Source of the DNA: Candidatus Altarchaeum sp.
GTDB taxonomy: Archaea > Altiarchaeota > Altiarchaeia > Altiarchaeales > Altiarchaeaceae
NCBI GenBank assembly: GCA_018260615.1
Contig: JAGWDQ010000053.1
Span: 10,898 to 74,897, forward strand
Length of the DNA: 64,000 bases
Reading direction: 5' to 3'
Every line of letters starts with the position of its first letter. Positions within the stretch are counted from its first letter, which is position 1. The position numbers and the translations under genes were made by a program. Under the pieces are notes generated by a model. It was not told the origin of the DNA, did no database searches, and was given only the letters and a program-made list of their open reading frames with translations. Below are positions 51,473 to 60,626 of this stretch, in pieces.

Positions 51473-52444
51473 AATAGCTCATATAAACTATTTCGCAACA
51501 ACTCTAATGCAATATCCAACCAAATAAGTGAGACGCCATATGAAGATGTAACAAAAAATGCAGCAAATATATTAACAAAAACAGATATTCCCATTGCAAC
51601 TTTTGAAAAAGATATAAAAGTAGAAGATAAAGAAGTAAATAAAATAATAGATGTATTAAACGAGATTAAAAATTTAAGGGCTGAAGGTCATTTCTATAAA
51701 GCAAATGCTTATGTTTATGCTAAAAAATTTGACGACGCAGAGAAAGAATACAGAGAAGCAATAAAGATAAATCCGAATCTTGCTGATGCACATAATAATT
51801 TAGGAAATTTATTAAGTGATTTAAACCGCTACGAAGAAGCAGAGAAAGAATACAGAGAAGCAATACGGATAAATCCAAATTATGCTGAAGCACATTATAA
51901 TTTAGGTGGCTCATTGCAAAATTTAAAACGCTATGTGGAAGCAGAGAAAGAACTTAGGGAAGCAATACGACTAAATCCAAATCTTGCGGAAGCACATAAT
52001 AATTTAGGGTTTTTATTGTATAATTTAAACCACTACAAAGAAGCAGAGAAAGAATACAGAGAAGCAATAAAGCTCAATCCGAATCTTGCTGATGCACATA
52101 ATAATTTAGGAATTTTATTAGTAAATTTAAAAAACTATGAAGAAGCAGAGAAAGAGTATAGGGAAGCAATACGCATAAATCCAAATTATGCTTATGCACA
52201 TAGTAATTTAGGAGCTTTATTGAAAAATTTAAAACGCTATGAAGAAGCAGAGAAAGAATATAGAGAAGCAATACGACTAAATCCAAATTATGCAGAAGTC
52301 ATTTATAATTTGGGAATGTTGTATATAATCACAGAAAGATTAAACGATGCCAAGAGAGAAATTTTAAAAGCAAAGGAATTATTTGAAAAACAAGGACGAA
52401 GTAATGAGGTTAAATATTGTAATGAAATTTTGAAGAATTTATAG
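51473..52444 (+). pseudogene. TPR-repeat protein, 5'-truncated (frame open from 51473, no start codon until TTG 51914)
   Basis: About six to seven AEKEYREAIxxNPNxAxAHxNLG repeats; open frame extends 147 codons upstream of the ORF-track start. Confidence 0.75.
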
Positions 52445-52476
52445 ATAATTAATGTATAAAATTTAATTTATACAAA

Positions 52477-53094
52477 CTACAAAAATTTCAAAATTTCCCT
52501 TAAATCCTTGTTGCGAATTACCGCATCTGCATTTTCCACAACGCTGTCATGTTTCGGATTAAATGCAATACTGAATCCCGCCTTTTTAAACATAGGAATA
52601 TCATTGATAAAGTCGCCTACTGCAATACATTCACTTAAATCAATATTTTCCGATTTTGCTATTTTCTCTAAAATTTCTCCTTTATTTTCAAAATTTACCT
52701 TCATATTGACATCAAAAATTTTTTCATCCTTAACTATTATTTCATTTGCATAACAGTGGCTGAAGGTGTATTTTTCAAAAATTTTATTTGCCATCTGTTT
52801 TATGCCGCCGCTTATAATTGCCAGCTTATAATTTTTACTTAAATTTTTAATTACTTCTATCCCTTTCATTACTTCAACTTTTTTACCTGCTTCAAAAATT
52901 TTGTTTGCATCAATTCCCTTCCATAATCCGATATCCCGCCTTACCCATTCATCAAAGGATATATTGCCAGAATAGTATTGCCTTCCGTTCTCTTCGGAAA
53001 ATTTTTCCGTGCCTATAAATTTGTGCAGTTCCATCCAGCTTCCTTTTCCGTCAAGGAGGACGCCGTCAAGGTCAAATGCGATTAAATTTGCCAA
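52477..53094 (-). CDS. serB: HAD-family phosphoserine phosphatase
   Basis: FDLDGVL, ISGG, KGEIL, VGDFINDIPMFKKAGFSIAFNP. Confidence 0.8.
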   Translation of the reverse strand: MANLIAFDLDGVLLDGKGSWMELHKFIGTEKFSEENGRQYYSGNISFDEWVRRDIGLWKGIDANKIFEAGKKVEVMKGIEVIKNLSKNYKLAIISGGIKQMANKIFEKYTFSHCYANEIIVKDEKIFDVNMKVNFENKGEILEKIAKSENIDLSECIAVGDFINDIPMFKKAGFSIAFNPKHDSVVENADAVIRNKDLREILKFL

Positions 53095-53388
53095 TTTTAG
53101 AAAAATTTTAAGTTAAAAAATTTTAAGTTAGAAATTAAAAGCAATTTAAAATCTTTTTAATGTTTGCTTTTTTCTTTTTTCGGCGTATTTTTTCTTTTTC
53201 TAAAAGAAAAAAGTGCGTCACAATGCGATTAAATTTGCCAATTTTAGAAAAATTTTAAGTTAAAAAATTTTAAGTTAGAAATTAAAAGCAATTTAAAATC
53301 TTTTTAATGTTTGCTTTTTTCTTTTTTCGGCGTATTTTTTCTTTTTCTAAAAGAAAAAAGTGCGTCACAATGCGATTAAATTTTTCAT
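53075..53388. repeat. 147-bp tandem duplication at the serB start, with three copies of a 15-bp junction
   Basis: aatgcgattaaattt at 53075, 53222 and 53369; intervening 132-bp segments appear identical. Confidence 0.9.
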
Positions 53389-53456
53389 TTCAAATTTAAA
53401 AGAATTAATTTAAAAGAATTAATTTTTAACATCTAATTTATTACATGAATTTATTA

Positions 53457-53724
53457 TGTGAGCTAGATTGGGTGGTCAGGCGTCACCTGTAACTCCAAAC
53501 CGTCTAAAGGAGAATCGAAGTGCAGAAAAATAGATCTTTTGTTATCTGTGATCCGTAATTCAGACAATGAATTTTCGTCCTGCGAGGCAGTTTGTATGAG
53601 AATCTGGTCAGACCTTGATCGGAGCAGCCATAATCATGTGAATTGTGCTTGCAGGGTAGCGGGGAGGAGGAAGGTTGCGGGTAGTCACTCTTAGCAAAAG
53701 GTTTAGATTCCTGCACGCGCTCAT
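53457..53724 (+). ncRNA. ffs: Archaeal SRP RNA (7S)
   Basis: Alu-domain-like GCTAGATTGGGTGGTCAGGCGTCACCTGTAACTCCAAACCG, helix-8-like CAGACC..GGAGCAG, terminal GTGAGC/GCTCAT pairing; srp54 lies just downstream; ends approximate. Confidence 0.8.
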
Positions 53725-53750
53725 TTAAAATTACAGAAATTTAATTATGT

Positions 53751-53834
53751 GCGGGAGTTCCCAAGCGGTCAACGGGGGTAGGCTCAAGACCTACCGTGTG
53801 AAAACCTTCGTGGGTTCGAATCCCCCCTCCCGCA
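53751..53834 (+). tRNA. tRNA-Leu(CAA)
   Basis: Acceptor GCGGGAG/CTCCCGC, discriminator A, anticodon arm gtagg-CTCAAGA-cctac, variable arm, TTCGAAT loop. Confidence 0.92.
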
Positions 53835-53904
53835 TCAAAATTTTAACAGCAGGACATTATTTTAAATTTTTCAGTCATAAATATTTTTCAGTCATAAATT
53901 TAAG

Positions 53905-55230
53905 GTGTTTGATAAACTAAGCGACGGATTAAGGAATGCAATTACATCATTAAGAAAGGCAGTTGTTGTAGATAAGAAAGTTATAAAGGAATTTATAAAA
54001 GAAGTTCAAAAAGCTCTGATTTCATCAGATGTGAATGTAAATTTAGTGCTTGAAATTTCAAAGAGAATAGAAGACAGAGGACTACTTGAAAAACCGCCCG
54101 GACTTTTAGACAGAAAAGAGCATATAATTAAAATAACTTATGATGAATTAACATCCCTGCTTGGAAAAGGAGAAAAAATAAATTTAAAGAAAGGTGATAA
54201 AATTTTGCTTGTCGGAATTCAGGGAAGCGGAAAGACCACAACAGCAGCAAAGCTGGCAAGATATTATAACAAAAAGGGATTTAAGGTTGGACTTATATGT
54301 GCAGATACATTCAGGGCGGGAGCTTACACACAATTGATGCAATTAGCAGAAGAAATAAAGGCACCTTTCTACGGGGACCGGAATGAAAAAATTTCCCTTA
54401 ATATTATCAGAAAAGGGCTCGAAATTTTGAAAGACAAGGATGTCATTATAATTGACAGCGAAGGAAGAAATAAATTGGATGATGATTTAATGAGAGATAT
54501 AAATATTGTGTATAAAGAGATAAAGCCGCAACATGTTTTGCTTGTTTTGGACGGAACAATAGGCCAATTAGCAGGAGAGCAGGCAGAGGCGTTTAAGAGA
54601 GCATGCAATGTTACGGGAGTTATATTAACAAAATTAGACGGGACTGCAAAAGGAGGGGGTGCGATTTCCGCGTGTAAAACAACTAATGCAAAGGTCTATT
54701 TTATCGGTGTCGGAGAACATAACGATGAATTTGAGGAATTTGATGCTCCGAGATTTGTCTCAAAAATTTTAGGGTTCGGAGATATTGAAGGGCTGCTTGA
54801 AAAGGCGCAGGAAATGGAGATTACCGATGAGATGACAAACCGGCTTATCAAAGGAAAATTTACCCTGAATGATTTGTATGTTCAGATTCAGGAGATAAAG
54901 AAACTGGGCTCTTTGAACAAGATCGTTGAAATGCTTCCGACCGGAGGAATTAAGATTCCTAAGGAAGTTATGGAAATGCAGGATGAAAAATTAAAATTTT
55001 ATAAATTTATGATGGATTCAATGACAAAAAAAGAGAAAGAAAATCCTGAAATTATTGAGTCAAAAAGAGTAGCGAGAATCGCATGCGGCTCGGGAAGAAA
55101 AGAGCAGGAGGTATATGAGTTGCTTAAACAGTATAAAGTAATGAAAAGATATGTGAAAACAATGAATGACGAGAGAAAACTGGCGAGTTTTATGAAGAAA
55201 TTAGGAATGGGAAAAATGGCAAATATGTAG
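53905..55230 (+). CDS. srp54: Signal recognition particle protein SRP54
   Basis: GIQGSGKTT, DTFRAGA, DSEGR, TKLDGTAKGGG, M-domain FTLNDL...RVARIACGSG. Confidence 0.96.
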   Translation: MFDKLSDGLRNAITSLRKAVVVDKKVIKEFIKEVQKALISSDVNVNLVLEISKRIEDRGLLEKPPGLLDRKEHIIKITYDELTSLLGKGEKINLKKGDKILLVGIQGSGKTTTAAKLARYYNKKGFKVGLICADTFRAGAYTQLMQLAEEIKAPFYGDRNEKISLNIIRKGLEILKDKDVIIIDSEGRNKLDDDLMRDINIVYKEIKPQHVLLVLDGTIGQLAGEQAEAFKRACNVTGVILTKLDGTAKGGGAISACKTTNAKVYFIGVGEHNDEFEEFDAPRFVSKILGFGDIEGLLEKAQEMEITDEMTNRLIKGKFTLNDLYVQIQEIKKLGSLNKIVEMLPTGGIKIPKEVMEMQDEKLKFYKFMMDSMTKKEKENPEIIESKRVARIACGSGRKEQEVYELLKQYKVMKRYVKTMNDERKLASFMKKLGMGKMANM

Positions 55231-55442
55231 AAATTTAAAAACCTTTTATTTAAAAATTTGAGACATTTATGAGACAATTTAATTATGTGTTCCCGTATTC
55301 TTTCTTTATGTTCTTTTAGATTAGAAAAATACAAAATTTATTTGATTATTATATCTGTATTTATATTTGTATTTTTAATTTAGCATAATTATTTTAACTT
55401 AATATAATCTTATTATTTAATATTTTAAATATTCGTATAAAG

Positions 55443-55736
55443 ATGGGTAAAAAGGTGGTTGTTGTAGAACACAAAGTCAGAACTCCGAAAATGGGTGAGG
55501 TTGCCGGCGAAGTGTTGCAGGTCCTGGGATATACAAGAATGAGAGTCAAATGTTCCGATGGAAAAGAACGATTGTGCAGAATTCCTGGAAAGGTGAGATG
55601 GAGAATGCGAATTCATGACGGGGATTTCGTACTTGTTGAACCGTGGGAGATAGAAAAGGACAAAAAAGGAGATGTTATATGGAGATATGTTCCTAACGAT
55701 GTGGACTGGTTAAGGGCAAGGGGTTATGTAAAATAA
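55443..55736 (+). CDS. eif1a: Translation initiation factor aIF-1A
   Basis: VLGYTRMRVKCSDGKERLCRIPGK, GDFVLVEPW, KGDVIWRY. Confidence 0.95.
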   Translation: MGKKVVVVEHKVRTPKMGEVAGEVLQVLGYTRMRVKCSDGKERLCRIPGKVRWRMRIHDGDFVLVEPWEIEKDKKGDVIWRYVPNDVDWLRARGYVK

Positions 55737-55824
55737 GTTCGCTACTGCCCGTAGATTTAAAATTTCTATGAAAAATTTAAAATAAATCAAATCAGGTAAA
55801 TTTTTAGGCCTTAAATTTTTTGAA

Positions 55825-55917
55825 ATGCAGATTCTTATAATTGCAGAGAAACCAAGTGTTGCCGAAAGAATTGCAGGTTCATTTGGAAATGCATCTAAAT
55901 TAAGGAATGGAAAGGTA
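55825..55917 (+). pseudogene. Diverged duplicate of the topA 5' end
   Basis: MQILIIAEKPSVAERIAGSFGNASKLRNGKV versus TopA MSILIIAEKPSVAERIAGSFGSASKLRNGKV. Confidence 0.88.
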
Positions 55918-55979
55918 CCACAACCCTTCCTTTTTGGAAAAGCGCGGACGGAAAAAAATTTTAAATTTAAATTTTTAAA

Positions 55980-58115
55980 ATGTCAATTCTGATAATTGCA
56001 GAGAAACCAAGCGTTGCCGAAAGAATTGCAGGTTCGTTCGGAAGTGCATCCAAATTAAGGAATGGAAAGGTATCCTACTTTGAAATAAATTTGAAAGACA
56101 ACAAGGACAATAAAGAAAATAACGAGAAAATTTATGTTTGTTCGGCTGTCGGACATTTATACGGAGTAGCACAGAAAAATAGGGATTATAGTTATCCCGT
56201 ATTTGATGTTGAATGGCGGGCAACTTATGAAACAGATAAGAATGCCGACTACACGAAGGATTACATAAAAACAATAGAAAATTTATCAAAAATTTTAAAA
56301 AAAGAAAAAAACAACATTTTTATAAATTCCTGCGATTACGATATTGAAGGAGAAATTATCGGATTCAATGCCATAAAATTTGCCTGCAATGTTGATCCGT
56401 TCAAAGAAAATGTAAAGAGGATGAAATTTTCAACTTTAACAAAATCCGCAATATTAAACGCATATAAAAATTTAGAACCCACAAATAAAGGAATGGCTTA
56501 TGCGGGAATGACCCGCCATATTTTGGACTGGTTCTGGGGAATAAATTTATCAAAGGCATTGTCGTCTTCTTTATATAAGATATTGCGCAAATTTCAGGCG
56601 ATGAGTATCGGAAGAGTTCAGGGACCAACTCTAAAAATTTTAACCGACAAAGAAAGAGAAATTAAAAATTTTATCTCCCGGAAATATTGGGAAATTTCTA
56701 TGTTGTGCAAAAAGAACGAGATATCTAAAGAAAAATTTTTGGCACAACATAAAGAGGGAAAAATTTTTGATATAGAAACAGCGACAAAGATCAAAGAAAA
56801 ATGTAAATCCGGAAAAGATGCGGCAATTGTTGAGGATGTGAAGAAGAGGAAGAATAAAATTTCCCCGCCGCCGGCATTTGATTTGACCGAATTACAAACA
56901 GAGGCGTATGCCAAATTAAAGACAGACCCGAGAAGGACACTTGAATTATCGCAGGACTTATATACATCAGGAATAATTTCTTATCCGAGAACTGCAAGCA
57001 ACCAGTTAACAGATCCAATCGGATATTACCTTGACATAATTATGAACCTTTCAGGGAACTATAATGAGGAATGTAAAATTTTATTAGAGAAAAACAAAAA
57101 GCAAAAAATTTCCCCGAACAACGGAAAGAAGGTAGATCCAGCACATCCGGCCATACATCCGACGGGAGAAGATAAGGAGCTAGGAAAATTTAGTGCAGAG
57201 CACAAAAACCTGTATGACTTGATTGTCAGAAGATTTCTGGCAACATTCGGAGATGATGCAATAAGGGAAATCGTTACCGCTACCCTCAACAATAACAGCG
57301 AAATTTTTATCGCAAAGGGCTCAACGACATTAGAGGAAGGTTGGCTCAAAATTTATAAATATACAAAGCCGGAGGAAGAGGAATTGCCCGAACTGAAAAA
57401 AGGAGAAAAACTGTTTGTTGAAAGTGTAAATATGGATGAAAAGGAAACACAGCCGCCAAAAAGGTATAATGTCAGTTCAATTATAGCGGAATTAGAGCGA
57501 AAAAATCTGGGAACAAAGGCAACAAGAGCAAACATAGTTGATACTTTGTTCAAGAGAAATTATGTTAAGACAAAAGATAAAGCAATTGAGGTAACTCCTT
57601 TTGGAATTGCGGTTGTTGATACATTGGAAAAACACTGCAGCGACATTATAGATGAAAATTTAACGAGAAAATTTGAGGAGGATATGGAGAACATACAAAA
57701 TTTAAAGACAACGAGCGATAATGTAATAGATGAAGCAAAAAAGACACTGACTGAAATTTCTAACAAATTTAAAAAGGAGGAATTTGCAATAGGGAAGGCG
57801 TTACTTTCGGGAATGAAAGCAGAGGAATATAACAAAAGAAATGAGGAAATTTTGTTTAAATGTCCGAAATGCGAGGGAAATATGACAGTCAGGAAAGGAC
57901 CTTACGGAAATTTTGCAGGATGCAGCAATTATCCGAAATGTAATAATACGGTAAAATTGCCTGCGGGAATGTTAATAATAAAGGGAAAATGTACTCACTG
58001 CGAGGCGGCAAAAATTATTGCGACAATAAATAAAAAGAAGATAGCAATTTGTCCGAATCCTTTGTGCCCGAGTAAAAATAGGGATAATAAAACGAATAAT
58101 AACAACAGCAAATAA
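55980..58115 (+). CDS. topA: DNA topoisomerase I (type IA)
   Basis: IAEKPS, DYDIEGE, SIGRVQGP, ISYPRT catalytic Tyr, HPAIHPT, LGTKATR, C-terminal zinc ribbons. Confidence 0.96.
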   Translation: MSILIIAEKPSVAERIAGSFGSASKLRNGKVSYFEINLKDNKDNKENNEKIYVCSAVGHLYGVAQKNRDYSYPVFDVEWRATYETDKNADYTKDYIKTIENLSKILKKEKNNIFINSCDYDIEGEIIGFNAIKFACNVDPFKENVKRMKFSTLTKSAILNAYKNLEPTNKGMAYAGMTRHILDWFWGINLSKALSSSLYKILRKFQAMSIGRVQGPTLKILTDKEREIKNFISRKYWEISMLCKKNEISKEKFLAQHKEGKIFDIETATKIKEKCKSGKDAAIVEDVKKRKNKISPPPAFDLTELQTEAYAKLKTDPRRTLELSQDLYTSGIISYPRTASNQLTDPIGYYLDIIMNLSGNYNEECKILLEKNKKQKISPNNGKKVDPAHPAIHPTGEDKELGKFSAEHKNLYDLIVRRFLATFGDDAIREIVTATLNNNSEIFIAKGSTTLEEGWLKIYKYTKPEEEELPELKKGEKLFVESVNMDEKETQPPKRYNVSSIIAELERKNLGTKATRANIVDTLFKRNYVKTKDKAIEVTPFGIAVVDTLEKHCSDIIDENLTRKFEEDMENIQNLKTTSDNVIDEAKKTLTEISNKFKKEEFAIGKALLSGMKAEEYNKRNEEILFKCPKCEGNMTVRKGPYGNFAGCSNYPKCNNTVKLPAGMLIIKGKCTHCEAAKIIATINKKKIAICPNPLCPSKNRDNKTNNNNSK

Positions 58116-58129
58116 ATTTTAAATTTTGA

Positions 58130-58245
58130 TTATCGGATTTTCCTCATGCTGTATTTAATCCTGCTTAAATCCTCGTCTTTTTTTGGTTTTCTGAAAACAA
58201 ATAAATGTTCGTGCATTATCATTAGAAAATTATACTGCTCAATCT
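58130..58245 (-). pseudogene. C-terminal remnant of a DNA methyltransferase-like gene
   Basis: YNFLMIMHEHLFVFRKP resembles the C-terminus of archaeal methylase-family proteins; no upstream methylase motifs. Confidence 0.5.
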
Positions 58246-58250
58246 TATTT

Positions 58251-58979
58251 TTAGTGCATAAATTGTTTAAATTTAAAAGGGTTTGAGTAATAGTTTTCCA
58301 AGTATTCATAATCATAAAATTTAATTCTATCTTTTATGTCTTTGTAAACACTCAAATTTAAAACAGAATAAAACTGGGATGTTCTTTTCTTATCCGAAAC
58401 GATACACATACGAGTATTAAAATCCATCACTTCATGAAATCTGGTTAGAGAATCTTTAAAATTGGTTGAATATTCTACCTCAAAAAGGGCGTGTGGAAAA
58501 TTCCGTTCATTTACCCAAATGACATCTATGCTTTTTATTGTTTTGATAATGTAATCATAGGTGAAAGAAGGAAGCGTCTCCAATGTGGTTACGTCTTTTA
58601 ATTGTTTGTTTAGGTAAGGTCTATTCTTGTCTTGAGCGGGAATGTAAACCCTATAATTACTCAAAGTCCCAATTTCGGCTAAGATTCCCTGATAATAGTA
58701 ATGGGTATATTTTTGTTCCTTTTCAGGTTCTTTGGATTCTTCAATTATTTCTAAAATGCTATTTGGAAGTTTATTTTCATGGCTTTTTAATGCCCACAGT
58801 CCGGGTTTTATTTTAAAGAAAAATCTGGAGTCCTGAACAATTCTTCTGATGGAAGCAAAAGGGGTTTTTGTTCTCCATTCAATACCCTCTACTTTAAAAA
58901 CTTTCTCATTTAGATATTTCAGAGTTGAAAAACCCCCATTTTCCTCCATTACTTTTATTACTGCTTCATGTTGTTTCAT
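58251..58979 (-). CDS. HTH plus restriction-endonuclease-like (PD-(D/E)xK) protein
   Basis: N-terminal TPFASIRRIVQ..FFKIKPGLWAL HTH, HYYYQGILAEIG, IDVIW...FEVEYST. Confidence 0.75.
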   Translation of the reverse strand: MKQHEAVIKVMEENGGFSTLKYLNEKVFKVEGIEWRTKTPFASIRRIVQDSRFFFKIKPGLWALKSHENKLPNSILEIIEESKEPEKEQKYTHYYYQGILAEIGTLSNYRVYIPAQDKNRPYLNKQLKDVTTLETLPSFTYDYIIKTIKSIDVIWVNERNFPHALFEVEYSTNFKDSLTRFHEVMDFNTRMCIVSDKKRTSQFYSVLNLSVYKDIKDRIKFYDYEYLENYYSNPFKFKQFMH

Positions 58980-59292
58980 AATCCTCATCTAAAATTAAAT
59001 CTTCAAATTGATTGTTTTTTATAAACAAAGTGCCATGTATATTATTCAATTCTGTTTTCATAGAAATCGGACTCATGTTATCAGCGTAAATCAATTTTTC
59101 CTCTATGAAATTCCCTATAAAATCAATTTCTGTGGTGTCAAATATCTTTTTTTCATTTAATATTTTAATCTCGCTTTTTTTATTATAACTGATTGCCGTA
59201 TCCTGTATGGGACCTGCTTTCAAACAGTATTTTTGAGATAATCCTTCATCCAAAAATTCATAAAATATTCTCTTTTTTAAATTCGGTTTCAT
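58966..59292 (-). CDS. Hypothetical protein
   Basis: 108-aa ATG ORF overlapping both neighbours. Confidence 0.5.
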   Translation of the reverse strand: MKPNLKKRIFYEFLDEGLSQKYCLKAGPIQDTAISYNKKSEIKILNEKKIFDTTEIDFIGNFIEEKLIYADNMSPISMKTELNNIHGTLFIKNNQFEDLILDEDYETT

Positions 59293-59461
59293 TTTCTATT
59301 TGATTTTTACTTTCAAATGCCTTTATTGCTTCTTCTACGCTTCCAAAAGCAAATTCTGTAAGTTCCTCTAATGTTGAATTTGAAGCAACAGAATCAAATT
59401 CTTCATTAACAAACTCCCAAAATTTAATGTCATCAATATATTTTTTGTTCAAATCAACCAT
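59258..59461 (-). CDS. Small acidic hypothetical protein
   Basis: 67-aa ATG ORF overlapping the downstream ORF. Confidence 0.45.
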   Translation of the reverse strand: MVDLNKKYIDDIKFWEFVNEEFDSVASNSTLEELTEFAFGSVEEAIKAFESKNQIENETEFKKENIL

Positions 59462-59536
59462 TTTTTATCGTACAGGAAAGTTCGTTTTATTATATACAAT
59501 TTAACTTTTAATATTAAATATTTACAATTTACTAAT

Positions 59537-59690
59537 TAAATTTTTAACAAATTATATCTTGCCCACAAAATCATTATCCTTTCTTTTGCCACCCAACATA
59601 AAAATTTCCCGTTCTTTACTCATAAACGCTCCTCGTTGTTTCAATCGTCAGTCCGATTAAATCGCTCGCCTTTGTAATAAAATAAATTTT
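59537..59690. repeat. Direct-repeat copy flanking the RM cassette, including 85 bp identical to the VWA gene 3' end
   Basis: 59606-59690 = 61818-61902 (identical); 59537-59617 is similar to 61538-61618. Confidence 0.9.
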
Positions 59691-59771
59691 AAATTTAAAG
59701 AAATTTACAAAATTTTAAGGTTAATTTTTTATGCCCCCTCAATAAAACATAGTAAATTAAGTTATATTGTT

Positions 59772-60626
59772 TTACTTTTCAGTGAAAAATGTTAAATTTT
59801 TATATTTTGCCACAAAATTTTGAGTGAATACTTTTTTCTGTTGAATGAAGTCAGGGCGATATTCGTTTTTGATTTTACCTTTATTCTTAAACCTGTCTAA
59901 AATCATTTGATAATATTCAGGATGAAGTTCGCAACTTATAAAGTTGCGTTTTAAATTTTTACAAAGCACTAATTCACTACCGCTACCTCCGAACAAAATA
60001 AAACAGTCGTCATTTTCCCGGGTGCATGATTTAATTAGCATTTCAACAAGTGGCAAAGGAATTTGACAGGAATGAAAGGTCTTATCCTTGCTTACATTTT
60101 TCACAAGATCAAAGTAAAACCAACTGTAAGGCATACGGCCCAAATGTCCGCCTTCAATTCGTCCTCGTATTCTTTTGTCTGTTGGGTTTTGATATGGAAC
60201 AGCAACATTATCCTTGTAAAAATTATTCTCTTTTGATTTTGTCGCATGAAGTATTGAACGATGTCCAGTCGTAAAGTGCTTTGGGCTATGTCCAATATTG
60301 GTGTTGTAAACCCAAACATATTCATGCACATCATAAGCTGCCTCATCCAAATACTTAACTCGCAGATAAGCATTCTGCTTTGGATAGTTGATCATAAATA
60401 AATTTCCTGTCGGCTTCAATACACGCATACTTTCTCTTGTCAATTCAATATACCAAGCAATATAATCGTTCCATTTTGTAGTGTAATTTTTACCTGCGTA
60501 ATTGATACCTACATTATAGTCAGGATCGCCATAAACCATATCCAAACTTCCACCAGGAAGTTTTTTTAAGACATTTAAAACATCTTCGTTGAAGACCTTA
60601 TTTCTGAAATTGTTTAGGGGTTCCAT
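59772..60626 (-). CDS. Beta-class DNA methyltransferase with DPDY motif IV
   Basis: YGDPDYNV, HSCQIPLPL, LFGGSGSE...SCELHPEY. Confidence 0.85.
   Translation of the reverse strand: MEPLNNFRNKVFNEDVLNVLKKLPGGSLDMVYGDPDYNVGINYAGKNYTTKWNDYIAWYIELTRESMRVLKPTGNLFMINYPKQNAYLRVKYLDEAAYDVHEYVWVYNTNIGHSPKHFTTGHRSILHATKSKENNFYKDNVAVPYQNPTDKRIRGRIEGGHLGRMPYSWFYFDLVKNVSKDKTFHSCQIPLPLVEMLIKSCTRENDDCFILFGGSGSELVLCKNLKRNFISCELHPEYYQMILDRFKNKGKIKNEYRPDFIQQKKVFTQNFVAKYKNLTFFTEK

Noticed and set aside
51722-52310. Near-identical DNA repeats as a CRISPR array or DGR template/variable pair
   Set aside because: They are 102-bp in-frame TPR coding repeats; differences are not confined to adenines and no reverse transcriptase is present in the window.
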